Positions 21,731 through 30,625 of a DNA stretch of 35,312 nucleotides are shown piece after piece. Within the stretch, counting starts at the first letter, position 1, and every line of letters starts with the position of its first letter. The stretch lies in the NCBI GenBank assembly GCA_963774265.1, contig CAVZDU010000004.1, forward strand, positions 1 to 35,312, read 5' to 3'. A program made the translations under genes and the position numbers. The notes under the pieces were generated by a model. It had not been told where the DNA came from, did not search any database, and was given only the letters and a program-made list of their open reading frames with translations. The DNA comes from an uncultured Chloroflexia bacterium. Its GTDB lineage: Bacteria > Chloroflexota > Anaerolineae > CG2-30-64-16.

Positions 21731-22696
21731 ATGAACAAGACCGAGATCCTCGCTATTTTCGACCGCGAGCAACGCCGCGAGGGCGTCTCGCATGAGTCGC
21801 TGCGCGAAGTCACCCCGTACGTGGTGCGGCACGTCCCGCGCCATGAGGATGTGCGCTGGGGCTGGATCGTGTATTCGAAGCTCACCGGCGCGGACGTTGA
21901 TGCCGTGATCGAGGAGCAAATCGCGTATTTCATGGCTCTTGGTTTCAACTTCGAGTGGAAGTGGTACAGCCACGACGAACCCCCCGACCTGCCGGGGCGG
22001 CTTATTGCGCATGGGTTCGAACCGGAGGACCCGGAATCTCTCATGGTGCTGGATCTGCACGCCGTGCCGCCCGCCTTATGGCAAGCCCCAAATGACGCGG
22101 TCCGGCGCATCACGGACCGGGCCGGCCTGGTGGATGTTATGGCCGTGGAAAACGCAGTGTGGGGGGATGCGTCACACGATTGGATCGTCGACGAGTTGGC
22201 GCACGAGATGGCAGACGGACCTGACCGCATCAGCGTCTACTGCGCGTACGTCGATAGGTCTCCCGTCAGTACGGCGTGGATTCGCTTTCATCCAGGAACC
22301 CAGTTTGCCAGCCTGTGGGGCGGCTCCACGGTCGCGCTTTTCCGCAAGCGGGGTCTTTACACGGCGCTGCTGGCCGTCCGGGGCCGGGAGGCGCGAGACA
22401 AAGGCTATCGCTTCCTGACCGTAGACGCCAGCGAGATGAGCCGGCCCATCCTGGAGAAGCACGGTTTTGTGAAGATCGCGACCACCACGCCGTACAAGTA
22501 TCGCCTGCGGGCGCCGTGCATCGTAGCGACGTCGCATGCAGCGTCGCTACGATGCACGGCCAACCAACGCGTTAGGCGAGGTTATCGGCCCGTTCCTTTT
22601 CGGCGCGCTCGGAAATCCGCCAATCCCCCGGCTGCGCGGGTGACCTTCGTCATTTTCACTCAGGCTCAGAACTGTTACAATAGCGGGCGGCAGTAG
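21731..22696 (+). CDS. GNAT family acetyltransferase; the last ~60 codons may be non-native read-through
   Basis: WGGSTVALFRKRGLYTALL and VDASEMSRPILEKHGF. Homology appears to end near TTTPYKYR (~22505). Confidence 0.8.
   Translation: MNKTEILAIFDREQRREGVSHESLREVTPYVVRHVPRHEDVRWGWIVYSKLTGADVDAVIEEQIAYFMALGFNFEWKWYSHDEPPDLPGRLIAHGFEPEDPESLMVLDLHAVPPALWQAPNDAVRRITDRAGLVDVMAVENAVWGDASHDWIVDELAHEMADGPDRISVYCAYVDRSPVSTAWIRFHPGTQFASLWGGSTVALFRKRGLYTALLAVRGREARDKGYRFLTVDASEMSRPILEKHGFVKIATTTPYKYRLRAPCIVATSHAASLRCTANQRVRRGYRPVPFRRARKSANPPAARVTFVIFTQAQNCYNSGRQ
22513..22560. repeat. 19-bp perfect inverted repeat containing a GTAG-type REP core
   Basis: GCCGTGCATCGTAGCGACG (22513-22531) and CGTCGCTACGATGCACGGC (22542-22560). 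Confidence 0.75.
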
Positions 22697-22728
22697 AGAC
22701 GTTCGCCGAAGGCGTGCAGCTTCTCTAC
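22693..22728. repeat. Degenerate GTAG-type REP (GTAGAGACG...TCTCTAC)
   Basis: GTAGAGA at 22693-22699 pairs with TCTCTAC at 22722-22728; related to the core at 22523-22550. Confidence 0.55.
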
Positions 22729-22756
22729 ATCTGCGCTTCACGGGTAAAGGAGCCTG

Positions 22757-23170
22757 ATGATGCAACCCCATGAGATCTATTCACTCCGCGCACGTGACGT
22801 GATGAATCGCGAGTTTGCGCTGGTCTCGCCCTTGGACACGGTGCAGGACGCGCTCGCCAAGATGATGGCGTGCAACTGCCAGGTTGCCATCGTGGACCGC
22901 GCCGATGATGACGACGCGTACGGCATCATGACCTACCAGGAAATCGTCTACCGTGTCGTGTCTAAATCATTGTCGCCCACGCGCACGCGCGTCGGCGAAA
23001 TCATGATCAAGCCGCTGATTGTCGTCAACCCGACCCTGCGGCTGCCGTTCGTTGCTCAACTATTCGCTCGTTTCGGGATTCAAAACGCGATTGTCATCGA
23101 GACGCACAAGCTGGCCGGCGTTATCTCCAGCTCGGACCTCGTTATGGCGCTCGTATCCAAGAAACCCTAA
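22757..23170 (+). CDS. Stand-alone CBS-pair protein
   Basis: ARDVMNRE, YGIMTYQEI, VGEIMIKPLIVV, AGVISSSDL; AAGGAG RBS. Confidence 0.88.
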   Translation: MMQPHEIYSLRARDVMNREFALVSPLDTVQDALAKMMACNCQVAIVDRADDDDAYGIMTYQEIVYRVVSKSLSPTRTRVGEIMIKPLIVVNPTLRLPFVAQLFARFGIQNAIVIETHKLAGVISSSDLVMALVSKKP

Positions 23171-23189
23171 TCGCTTCAAGGAGGAAGTT

Positions 23190-24401
23190 ATGGAGTTCGG
23201 GTGGACCGAAGAACAGAGAATGTGGCGCAAGGCCGTGCACGATTTTGCCCAGAAGAAGATCGCTCCGCGCGTCCGGGAAATCGATGACACCAGCAACATC
23301 CCCCAGGATATCATCAAGGCCATGGCGGACATGGGGCTGTGGGCGCCAACTGTGTCGGAGAAGTACGGCGGCAGCGGTCTGAATGTCACGATGGCCACCA
23401 TCGCCGCGGAGGAGCTGGGCCGGGCCGACATCAGCCTGGCGTTGCCGGTCATGTACCTGGTGCAGGCAAGCTGGGGTTACGTCTTCGAACGTTACGCCAG
23501 CGAAGCGCTGAAGGCTGAGTTGCTGCCCCAGGTGACGGCGGGCAAGCAGTTCCTGGGCATCGCGTCCACCGAAGCGGGCGGAGGCTCCGATATCGAAGGC
23601 GTCACCCGCTGCACGGGAACCAGGCAGGCCGACGGCAACTGGATCCTTAACGGCGAGAAGCTCTACATCAGCGGCATTAAGGAATCGGAGCGCATGGGCG
23701 GCGCATACATGACCCTCGTCCGCAGCGATCCGCAAGCCGGCCACAAGGGCTTCACCTTTTTTGCGGTCGACATCAAGGACAACCCGAAGGTCTCCACAAC
23801 CCTGATCCACAACTGGGGCCGCACCGGCATCTCGACCGGCGGCTTCACCATGGATGACATGCCGCTGTCCGATCACTACCGCATCGGCGAGGAGGGCAGG
23901 GGCTTCTACTACGCCATGGAGGGCTACACCTACGCGCGCGCCCTGATCGGCGCAACCTGCTGCGGTGCGGCCGACACTGCTCTCGGCATGGGTGTGGAGT
24001 ACATCCGCCAGCGCAAGTCGTTCGGCAAGCCGCTCGCTGCATACCAGGGCATTAACTTCCCGGCCGCGGAGCGCTACACCGACATCGAGGCCGCGCGGCT
24101 CCTCACCTACAAGGCCGCGTGGATGGCCGACCAGATGTACGAGCGGGGGAAGGGCAAGCCCAAGGACGTCGCGCTGTGGGGCGCAATGTCCAAGCTGCGC
24201 GCGCCGATCATGGCGTTTGAGACGTTCAACGAGGTGGCGAATTGGCTCGGCGCGATGGGCTACTCGAAGGAATATCCCATCGAGATGGGCATCCGGGGCG
24301 TACGATCGTACTCCATCGGCGCCGAGGGCGGTATGAACATCATGCGGATGATCATTGCCCGTGAACTGATCGGCAATGAGTACACCAACCCGAGGCAGTA
24401 G
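23190..24401 (+). CDS. Acyl-CoA dehydrogenase
   Basis: MEFGWTEEQ, STEAGGGSD, LNGEKLYIS, RKSFGKPL, GAMGYSKEY, IGAEG. AGGAGG precedes the ATG at 23190. Confidence 0.92.
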   Translation: MEFGWTEEQRMWRKAVHDFAQKKIAPRVREIDDTSNIPQDIIKAMADMGLWAPTVSEKYGGSGLNVTMATIAAEELGRADISLALPVMYLVQASWGYVFERYASEALKAELLPQVTAGKQFLGIASTEAGGGSDIEGVTRCTGTRQADGNWILNGEKLYISGIKESERMGGAYMTLVRSDPQAGHKGFTFFAVDIKDNPKVSTTLIHNWGRTGISTGGFTMDDMPLSDHYRIGEEGRGFYYAMEGYTYARALIGATCCGAADTALGMGVEYIRQRKSFGKPLAAYQGINFPAAERYTDIEAARLLTYKAAWMADQMYERGKGKPKDVALWGAMSKLRAPIMAFETFNEVANWLGAMGYSKEYPIEMGIRGVRSYSIGAEGGMNIMRMIIARELIGNEYTNPRQ

Positions 24402-24403
24402 CG

Positions 24404-25033
24404 TTGTCGCAACTGGATCGTCGTTTCGAGATCGCGTATGATCGCACCCGCGCCGCATGGGCCCCGGCCGACCCGGCGCGGGCTGCTGCGTTGGCTGGCG
24501 GTGTGCTGGCGCCTGAAGGGGTCCAGGTGACCTATTTCGGCCGGCCTCACCTCGTCCCGCACCCGGAGGGCGAGGTGATCAATGCGGCCACCGGCAAACC
24601 GGCCCATGCGTCCATCGCCATCGTGCTGTGGCACTATCTGCTTACTGCGGATGGCGTCGCGCCGGCAGACCGTTGGTTGACGTTCCGCGAGTTGCCCAAT
24701 GGCCTGTTCTATTCGGCGGCCTTCGCGGGGCACGCGGAGGGGCTGCTGGCCGAGAAGTTCGGCTCGGATGTCGAGGGCTTCCACAGCGCGTGCAGCTCGC
24801 TGGGCGGCGATCTGCTGACTGCGGCGCCCGGCGCGGGTCTGGCGCCGCCCGACGCGGCCTACCGCTTCCAGGCGTTCCCGCGGTTGGCCCTAGCGGTACA
24901 GCTTTGGGAGGGGGACGAGGAGTTCCCGGGCCGCGTGCAAGTGTTGTTCGACGCGCACGCCAGCCACTACTTACCGACAGAGGATCTGTCAGGGGTCGGC
25001 GACTGGCTGGCGCACAAGTTGATTGCAGATTGA
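24404..25033 (+). CDS. DUF3786 family protein
   Basis: IVLWHYL, WLTFRELPNG, AFPRL and WEGDEEFPGRVQVLFD...YLPTED match the recalled family pattern. Confidence 0.78.
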   Translation: MSQLDRRFEIAYDRTRAAWAPADPARAAALAGGVLAPEGVQVTYFGRPHLVPHPEGEVINAATGKPAHASIAIVLWHYLLTADGVAPADRWLTFRELPNGLFYSAAFAGHAEGLLAEKFGSDVEGFHSACSSLGGDLLTAAPGAGLAPPDAAYRFQAFPRLALAVQLWEGDEEFPGRVQVLFDAHASHYLPTEDLSGVGDWLAHKLIAD

Positions 25034-25102
25034 AGGTTGCAGATCGGCACTTTGGGCTCTGCCATTCATCGACCCTGGTGAGACCATCTGAAGGAGTTGT
25101 CT

Positions 25103-25873
25103 ATGGCTATTGGAGTGGGACAGGTTGCACCCGATTTCAATCTCAAGAGTCATGTCGGAAAGCCGGTGTGTCTGAGCGACTACCGCGGAACGAACGTCGT
25201 CCTGGTGTTCTTCCCGCTCGCCTGGACCCCGGTCTGAACGAGCCAGATCCCGTCATACCAGGCCGAGCTGGCCCGGTTCCGCGGGATGAAGGCCCAGGTC
25301 ATGGGCCTAAGCGTGGATAGCACGGATTGTCTGCGGGCGTGGGCCGACAGCCTCGGGGGGATCGATTACCCCCTGCTGAGCGATTTCTTCCCGCATGGAC
25401 AGGTGTCACAGCTCTACGGTGTGTTGAGGCCGGAGGGCTACTCGGAGCGGTCGATCTTCATCATCGACAAGGAAGGCATCGTCCGCTATGTGGACGTGCA
25501 CGACATCGACAGCCAGCCGGATAACGATGTGTTATTTGAGGAGTTGGCGAGGCTCGAGCCGGCGGCCGCGGCGCTGTGGGAGGCGCAGGAGCAGGCTCGC
25601 CAGGCTGCGATGGCGCCACAGCCGACGCCCCAATCCGGCCTGACAATGTACTGCACGCCCTGGTGTTCGGACTGCCGGCAGGCGCGCGTGTGGCTCAAGG
25701 AGCATAACATCCCCTATGTTGAGGTGGACATCTCGAAGGACCGCGCGGCGGCCAGGCGGGTGAAGGAGTGGGCGCACGGCAGCGAAACCACCCCGACCTT
25801 CGACTGCCACGGGACGATCATTGTGGACTGGGATGTGCCGAAGTTGCGCGAGGTGCTGGGCGTGAAGAAGTAA
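25103..25873 (+). CDS. AhpE-like peroxiredoxin with probable selenocysteine (TGA codon 45), fused to a C-terminal glutaredoxin/mycoredoxin-like domain; 256 aa
   Basis: AAGGAG at 25091 and ATG at 25103. MAIGVGQVAPDFNL...VLVFFPLAWTPV-TGA(25235-25237)-TSQIP is in frame with ORF 25286-25873. Also PxxxTxxU, LLSDFFPHGQVSQLYGV and MYCTPWCSDC. Confidence 0.88.
25247..25287 (+). promoter_or_regulatory. Candidate bacterial SECIS hairpin
   Basis: ATCCCG-tcata-CC-a-GGCC-gagct-GGCC-c-GG-ttccg-CGGGAT begins 10 nt after the in-frame TGA. Confidence 0.55.
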
Positions 25874-25886
25874 CGACGCTCGGACT

Positions 25887-25914
25887 GAGGATGGAAGATG
25901 GAAGATTGAAGATT
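25887..25914 (+). repeat. Heptamer tandem repeat GA[AG]GAT[GT] x4
   Basis: GAGGATG GAAGATG GAAGATT GAAGATT. A related run (GATTGCA GATTGAA GGTTGCA) lies at 25021-25041. Confidence 0.65.
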
Positions 25915-25940
25915 GGCGGACTGGCTCCGCCGGTCGACCC

Positions 25941-25988
25941 AGGTGCCCGGCACTTCAACGATTCGGAGGATCGCAGTGCCGGGCACCT
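25941..25988. repeat. GTGCCnGGCAC REP-like inverted-repeat element
   Basis: AGGTGCCCGGCAC-ttcaaCGATTCggaGGATCGca-GTGCCGGGCACCT; homologous to 15922-15966. Confidence 0.78.
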
Positions 25989-26037
25989 TTCGCAGCCCCA
26001 CCTTTCGTGGGCACCTCTGTGCTGGCTGCACGCGGGC

Positions 26038-27133
26038 TCACAGCCACTGGCGGCGGCGGAAGGTCACCACCAGCCCCGTTGCCACCGCGATGCAGACGAG
26101 CCAGAAGGCCGGGTAGGCCCAGGGCTGTTCCAGCTCCGGGAAGTAGTGGAAGTTCATGCCGTAAACGCCGGCCATGAACGTCAAGGGGATGAAGATGGTG
26201 GAGATGACGGTCAGCACCTTCATGATCTGGTTCATACGGTTCGAGACCGCTGACATATAGCTCTCATACAAACCAGTCGCGCGTTTCGCGATACATCTCG
26301 ACGATTTCGATGATCTGCATGACGTGATCGTACAGGTCGCGCAGATAGATGCGAGTGTTGTCGCTCACGCATTCATGGGTGTCGCGCTGGAGCTGGGCGA
26401 CCATATCCCGCATGGGCCACATCACCCAGCGGAGCAGCATCAAATCATGCTTGATCTTGTTGATTTTCTGGTTTGAATTGCGTTCCGGGCCTTCGAGTAG
26501 CACACCTTCGATCTCCTCCATGTGCTCCTCGTAGTATTCGAGGATGGGGAAGCAGGTGTCCACAATTGCATCCAGGAGCGAGTGGACCAGGAAACTGGCG
26601 TCGCTGTGCCGCAGACGCGAGCCCTTGGCGTGCAGGCGCTGTCGAACCAGATCCCATTCGGGGCCCGGAGTCTCGCGAAACGTGAGCACGGTGTTGTGCC
26701 CGAGGAAGATCGAGATCTGTTCGCTGATCAACCGCTCGTCGACGAGCTCGAGGATGCGGGCCACGATGAAGAGCCGTGCCCGAATTCCGGTATCTTCGCC
26801 GCCATACGGCTCAACTTTGGGCCGGTCGTGCAGGTTGAGCAGATCCTCGACTGCCAGCGGGTGCAACTCGTACTTGGTCGCCAGCGTGTGAACCACACTC
26901 ATGTCCGAGAGACCGTCGACGTCGATCCAACGCACCGCCGCCCAATCAGGACGATGGCGATTGACGAAGTCCTCGATGTCATCGACCTGCTGTTCGACGT
27001 AAAGGGAGGGACCGTAGTCCAAACAAGTGACGTGGACTGGCTCCGGCCCGCTTGGCAGTGCCTCGATCTCATCGTGCTCGATCCCCGGACCTGAGCCCCG
27101 GCCACTTCCTGCGCCTTTGAAATATGCCGGCAT
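26038..27133 (-). CDS. corA: Magnesium/cobalt transporter CorA, frameshift near 26272
   Basis: WIDVDGL, LHPLAVED, RDLYDH, SNRMNQIMKVLT, GMNF, PEL. Confidence 0.9.
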
Positions 27134-27153
27134 CGCGCTCGCCTCCTGGCATC

Positions 27154-28302
27154 TTACAAGATGGCCATCGCATCCCCGAAGCTGTAGAACCGATACCGCT
27201 CGCGGATCGCCTCCGCATACGCACGGTCGATCAATTCCTTACCCGCGAACGCGCTGACCAACATGAGTAGGGTCGACTTGGGCAGGTGGAAGTTGGTGAT
27301 CATGGCGTCCACCGCACGGAAGCGGTGCCCCGGGCGGATGAACAGGTCGGTTTCGCCGGTGAATGCGGCGACTGTCTGCCACCCGCAGACGATGCCCTCG
27401 GGGACGTCATCGCACGGCTTGAGCCCCAATGCGATCTTGGCCGCGCTCTCAAGCGTGCGCACAACTGTGGTCCCGACGGCGATCACCCGACCGCCCCCCA
27501 GTCGCGTCTCGTTGACCGCCTTCGCCGTCTCCTTGGACAGCTCGGCCCACTCACGGTGGATCTGGTGGTCTTCAATGTCCTCAACCTGCACAGGCTTGAA
27601 TGTGTCCAGCCCGATATGCAGCGTCACCGTAGCGAACCGGACGCTCCGCGAGCGGAGCGCAATCAGCAACTCTGGGGTGAAATGCAGCCCAGCGGTCGAC
27701 GAGGCCACCGACCCCTCGATCCGGCTGTAGACGGTCTGATAGCGCTCTGCGTCAGAGAGGGGTTCGTGGATATAGGGGGGCAAGGGCGTCTCGCCCACAT
27801 CCCACAACCACTCGTCGACCGGAGGATCGAACGCGATGACCCGGCCTCCGGTTTCAGTTTCGGCGAGGATCGTGGCGATGACGCCGATCGCGTCGCCGCG
27901 CGTATTTTGCAGGTCCACGCGTACGCCGGGACGCAGCCCTTTCCCCCCGACCAGGCATTCCCAGGCCGCGCTCAGCGCAGCAGTGCTTCGCGTCCCGGAG
28001 GGATGCTGCGCGATCTTCGCGTCTTCGCGTGCAGCCCCCACCTGTGCCGGGCGCAGCAGGAAGATCTCGACCGCACCGCCTGTCTCCTTGACGCCATGCA
28101 GCCGCGCGGGGATCACCCGGCTGTTGTTGCCCACCAGCAGATCGCCCGGACGCAGGTAGTCAAGGATGTCGGCGAAGACCCGGTGCGTCAGTTGGCCTGT
28201 CGCGCGGTCCAGCACCAGCAGTCGCGACGCATCGCGCGGCTCGATCGGCGTTTGCGCGATCAGCTCGGGGGGAAGGTTGTAGTCAAATTCGTTCGTCTTC
28301 AT
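27154..28302 (-). CDS. queA: S-adenosylmethionine:tRNA ribosyltransferase-isomerase
   Basis: FDYNLPPELIAQTP, PLPPYI, RYQTVYS, TAGLHFT, VGTTVVRTLES, TNFHLPKSTL, YRFYSFGDA. Confidence 0.96.
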   Translation of the reverse strand: MKTNEFDYNLPPELIAQTPIEPRDASRLLVLDRATGQLTHRVFADILDYLRPGDLLVGNNSRVIPARLHGVKETGGAVEIFLLRPAQVGAAREDAKIAQHPSGTRSTAALSAAWECLVGGKGLRPGVRVDLQNTRGDAIGVIATILAETETGGRVIAFDPPVDEWLWDVGETPLPPYIHEPLSDAERYQTVYSRIEGSVASSTAGLHFTPELLIALRSRSVRFATVTLHIGLDTFKPVQVEDIEDHQIHREWAELSKETAKAVNETRLGGGRVIAVGTTVVRTLESAAKIALGLKPCDDVPEGIVCGWQTVAAFTGETDLFIRPGHRFRAVDAMITNFHLPKSTLLMLVSAFAGKELIDRAYAEAIRERYRFYSFGDAMAIL

Positions 28303-28334
28303 GCGTCATGTTTCAGCCGCGAAGGTGCTTGTGG

Positions 28335-29375
28335 TCATACTCCGTTTTGCTCGTTGAACAGGCCGGGCTGCTCCGCGGACTCGGGATAGGGCTCGCCGAG
28401 GTGCTCGTAGGCCTTGCGTGTGGCCACGCGGCCGCGCGGGGTGCGCTCCAGGAAGCCGAGCTGGAGGAGATATGGCTCGACCACGTCCATGATCGTGTCG
28501 GATTCTTCGCTCAAGGCTGCGGCGATAGTCTCCAGCCCCACCGGCCCACCGCGGAAGTCGCGGATGATGCGGCCCAGCACGCCGCGGTCGAGCGCGTCCA
28601 GCCCCAGGTCGTCGATGTCCATCAGGGCCAGCGCCTCCCGCGCCGTGTCAGCGGTGATCGTCCCTTCCGACCGCACCTGCGCGAAGTCGCGCACACGGCG
28701 CAGCAGGCGCAGCGCGACGCGCGGGGTGCCGCGGCCGCGGCGGGCGATCTCGCGGATCCCCTCGGGCGTGATCGACACCTGCAGCAGCCGCGCCGCGCGG
28801 GCCACGATGGCTTCCATCGCAGGCAGGTCGTAGAAGTCGAAGCGGTACACCGCGCCGAAGCGGGCGCGCAGCGGCGCAGTCATCAGCGCCAGCCGCGTGG
28901 TTGCGCCGATCAGGGTGAACCGGGGCAGCTTCAGGCGGATGTTGCGCGCGCTCGGTCCCTTGCCGATCACAATGTCCAGCGCGAAGTCTTCCATCGCCGG
29001 GTAGAGCACCTCTTCGACCGCGCGGCCCAGCCGGTGCACCTCGTCGATGAAGAGGATGTCGCCCTGGCGGAGGTTGGTCAGGATCGCGGCCAGGTCTCCC
29101 GCACGCTCGATGGCCGGCCCCGCGGTCACCTTCATGCCTACGCCCATCTCGTGGCTGAGCACGTACGCCAGCGACGTCTTGCCCAGGCCGGGCGGGCCGT
29201 AGAAGAGGACGTGGTCCAGCGGCTCACCGCGCGCGCGGGCCGCCTGGAGGAGAATGCGCAGGTTTTCGCGCAGGCGATCCTGCCCCAGCATTTCGTCGAG
29301 CGTGCGTGGACGCAGCGCCGCATCCACCACGACTTCTTCCGGCCGCCCTTGCGGCGAGATGGTTCGATCTGACAT
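28335..29375 (-). CDS. ruvB: Holliday junction branch migration helicase RuvB
   Basis: [41 protein letters not shown]. Confidence 0.97.
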   Translation of the reverse strand: MSDRTISPQGRPEEVVVDAALRPRTLDEMLGQDRLRENLRILLQAARARGEPLDHVLFYGPPGLGKTSLAYVLSHEMGVGMKVTAGPAIERAGDLAAILTNLRQGDILFIDEVHRLGRAVEEVLYPAMEDFALDIVIGKGPSARNIRLKLPRFTLIGATTRLALMTAPLRARFGAVYRFDFYDLPAMEAIVARAARLLQVSITPEGIREIARRGRGTPRVALRLLRRVRDFAQVRSEGTITADTAREALALMDIDDLGLDALDRGVLGRIIRDFRGGPVGLETIAAALSEESDTIMDVVEPYLLQLGFLERTPRGRVATRKAYEHLGEPYPESAEQPGLFNEQNGV

Positions 29376-29409
29376 AGGTTGCTATCCAGCGATACGTTTG
29401 TTCGGGGGC

Positions 29410-29438
29410 ATTATACATGGTTACGCAGCCGGTCACAA
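29410..29438 (-). promoter_or_regulatory. Sigma70-type promoter of ruvB-queA-corA
   Basis: Minus strand TTGTGA-17 nt-TATAAT, 35 nt upstream of the ruvB ATG. Confidence 0.6.
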
Positions 29439-29607
29439 CCGGCACGGCACGCCGTCATTCATGATCAACTTCGATGTCGCCACTGGCCAAGTCGTGACAC
29501 CTTGCTGATCAGCCCGGCGCACATCGCGGATGGTGTAGGGTGTGGGACGATCGCTGGCGCGGGGAGCTCAGGAGGGCCAAGCGCGCCAAGCGCCAAGCGC
29601 GCCACGC

Positions 29608-29654
29608 TTGACATTCAACCGCAGTCGATGTAGAATGGCTATCGAGATGGCTAT
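29608..29654 (+). promoter_or_regulatory. Sigma70 promoter of vapBC-2 with operator repeats
   Basis: TTGACA (29608)-17 nt-TAGAAT (29631). ATGGCTAT occurs at 29635-29642 and 29647-29654. Confidence 0.78.
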
Positions 29655-29666
29655 TTGGAGGGTGCT

Positions 29667-29945
29667 ATGATGCCTAGATACTCCATCGCTGAAACGCGTA
29701 ACCGTTTTGCTGAGATTGTCCATGACCTCAAGCATGTCTCACGGGTTGAGGTGACGCGGCGGGGCCGGCCGGTGGCAATTCTCATCTCCATTGAAGAGTT
29801 TGAAATGCTACGCGCTGGGAACATCACCTTTACGAGCGCTTATGACGCCTTTCGGAACACGCATGACCTGGCGAAAGAAGGAATTGAGCCGGAAGTCTTC
29901 GAGAATCTGCGTGATCCATCCCTGGGTCGGGAGCTGAGCTGGTGA
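29667..29945 (+). CDS. Phd/YefM family antitoxin
   Basis: YSIAETRNRFAEIV...VEVTRRGRPVAILISIEEFE. GGAGG precedes ATG ATG at 29667/29670. Confidence 0.9.
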   Translation: MMPRYSIAETRNRFAEIVHDLKHVSRVEVTRRGRPVAILISIEEFEMLRAGNITFTSAYDAFRNTHDLAKEGIEPEVFENLRDPSLGRELSW

Positions 29946-30364
29946 CGCTCCATTACCTTCTCGATACCAACATTGTTTCCGAAACGCTGCGGCCCCTTCC
30001 CGACCCAGTGGTGCTGGATCACTTCCGGGAGCATCAGACTGAGATCGCCATCGCATCTGTGGTCTGGCACGAATTGTGGTATGGCTGCTATCGGTTGCCG
30101 CCATCGACCAAGCGCACAACGATCGAGGCTTATCTTAAGGAAGTTGTTGCCCGTACGATCCTGGTCCTGCCGTATGATCAGCGGGCGGCGCTGTGGCATG
30201 CAGAGGAAAGAGCACGGCTGGCACAGATCGGCCGTCCGCCGCCGTTTGCCGATGGCCAGATTGCTGCAGTTGCCGTTACGAATGGCTTGAGCCTGGTGAC
30301 GTTCAACTGCGACGATTATACGGCTTTTCAAGGTCTCCGGCTGGAGGATTGGCGGAAGCTCTGA
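29942..30364 (+). CDS. vapC: VapC family PIN-domain toxin
   Basis: YLLDTNIVSE, VVWHEL, FADGQIAAVA, LVTFN; GTGA overlap with the antitoxin. Confidence 0.92.
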   Translation: MTLHYLLDTNIVSETLRPLPDPVVLDHFREHQTEIAIASVVWHELWYGCYRLPPSTKRTTIEAYLKEVVARTILVLPYDQRAALWHAEERARLAQIGRPPPFADGQIAAVAVTNGLSLVTFNCDDYTAFQGLRLEDWRKL

Positions 30365-30625
30365 GTGCGGGGAAGTGACGATAGTATTCCCTGACACGAG
30401 GACAAGATGCCAGGGGCCAGTGAACAGGTTCTCTGCTCTTCGCACCTTCGATGTGACGCCCGATGCCATCGGGCTTAGGTTTCTATCCGGCGTGCCGCGC
30501 GCTACCGCAGCAAGCTTTCCATGTAGCCTGTCAGGACCATCTACCTGTCGCAGCCGTCAATGGTGGGCGATGGGGAGCTATCTCAGCCGAGGCGGCTGAG
30601 CCGGGCGCGGTGGGGCCGCTGCGCG

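Noticed and set aside
25286-25873. ORF-track start at 25286 for the peroxiredoxin, or calling it a nonsense pseudogene
   Set aside because: That start omits the active-site motif. The upstream frame has an RBS, an ATG and full Prx homology, with TGA exactly at the catalytic residue.
30375-30599. Small ORF downstream of vapC-2 as a third TA component
   Set aside because: No recognisable motif or convincing RBS.
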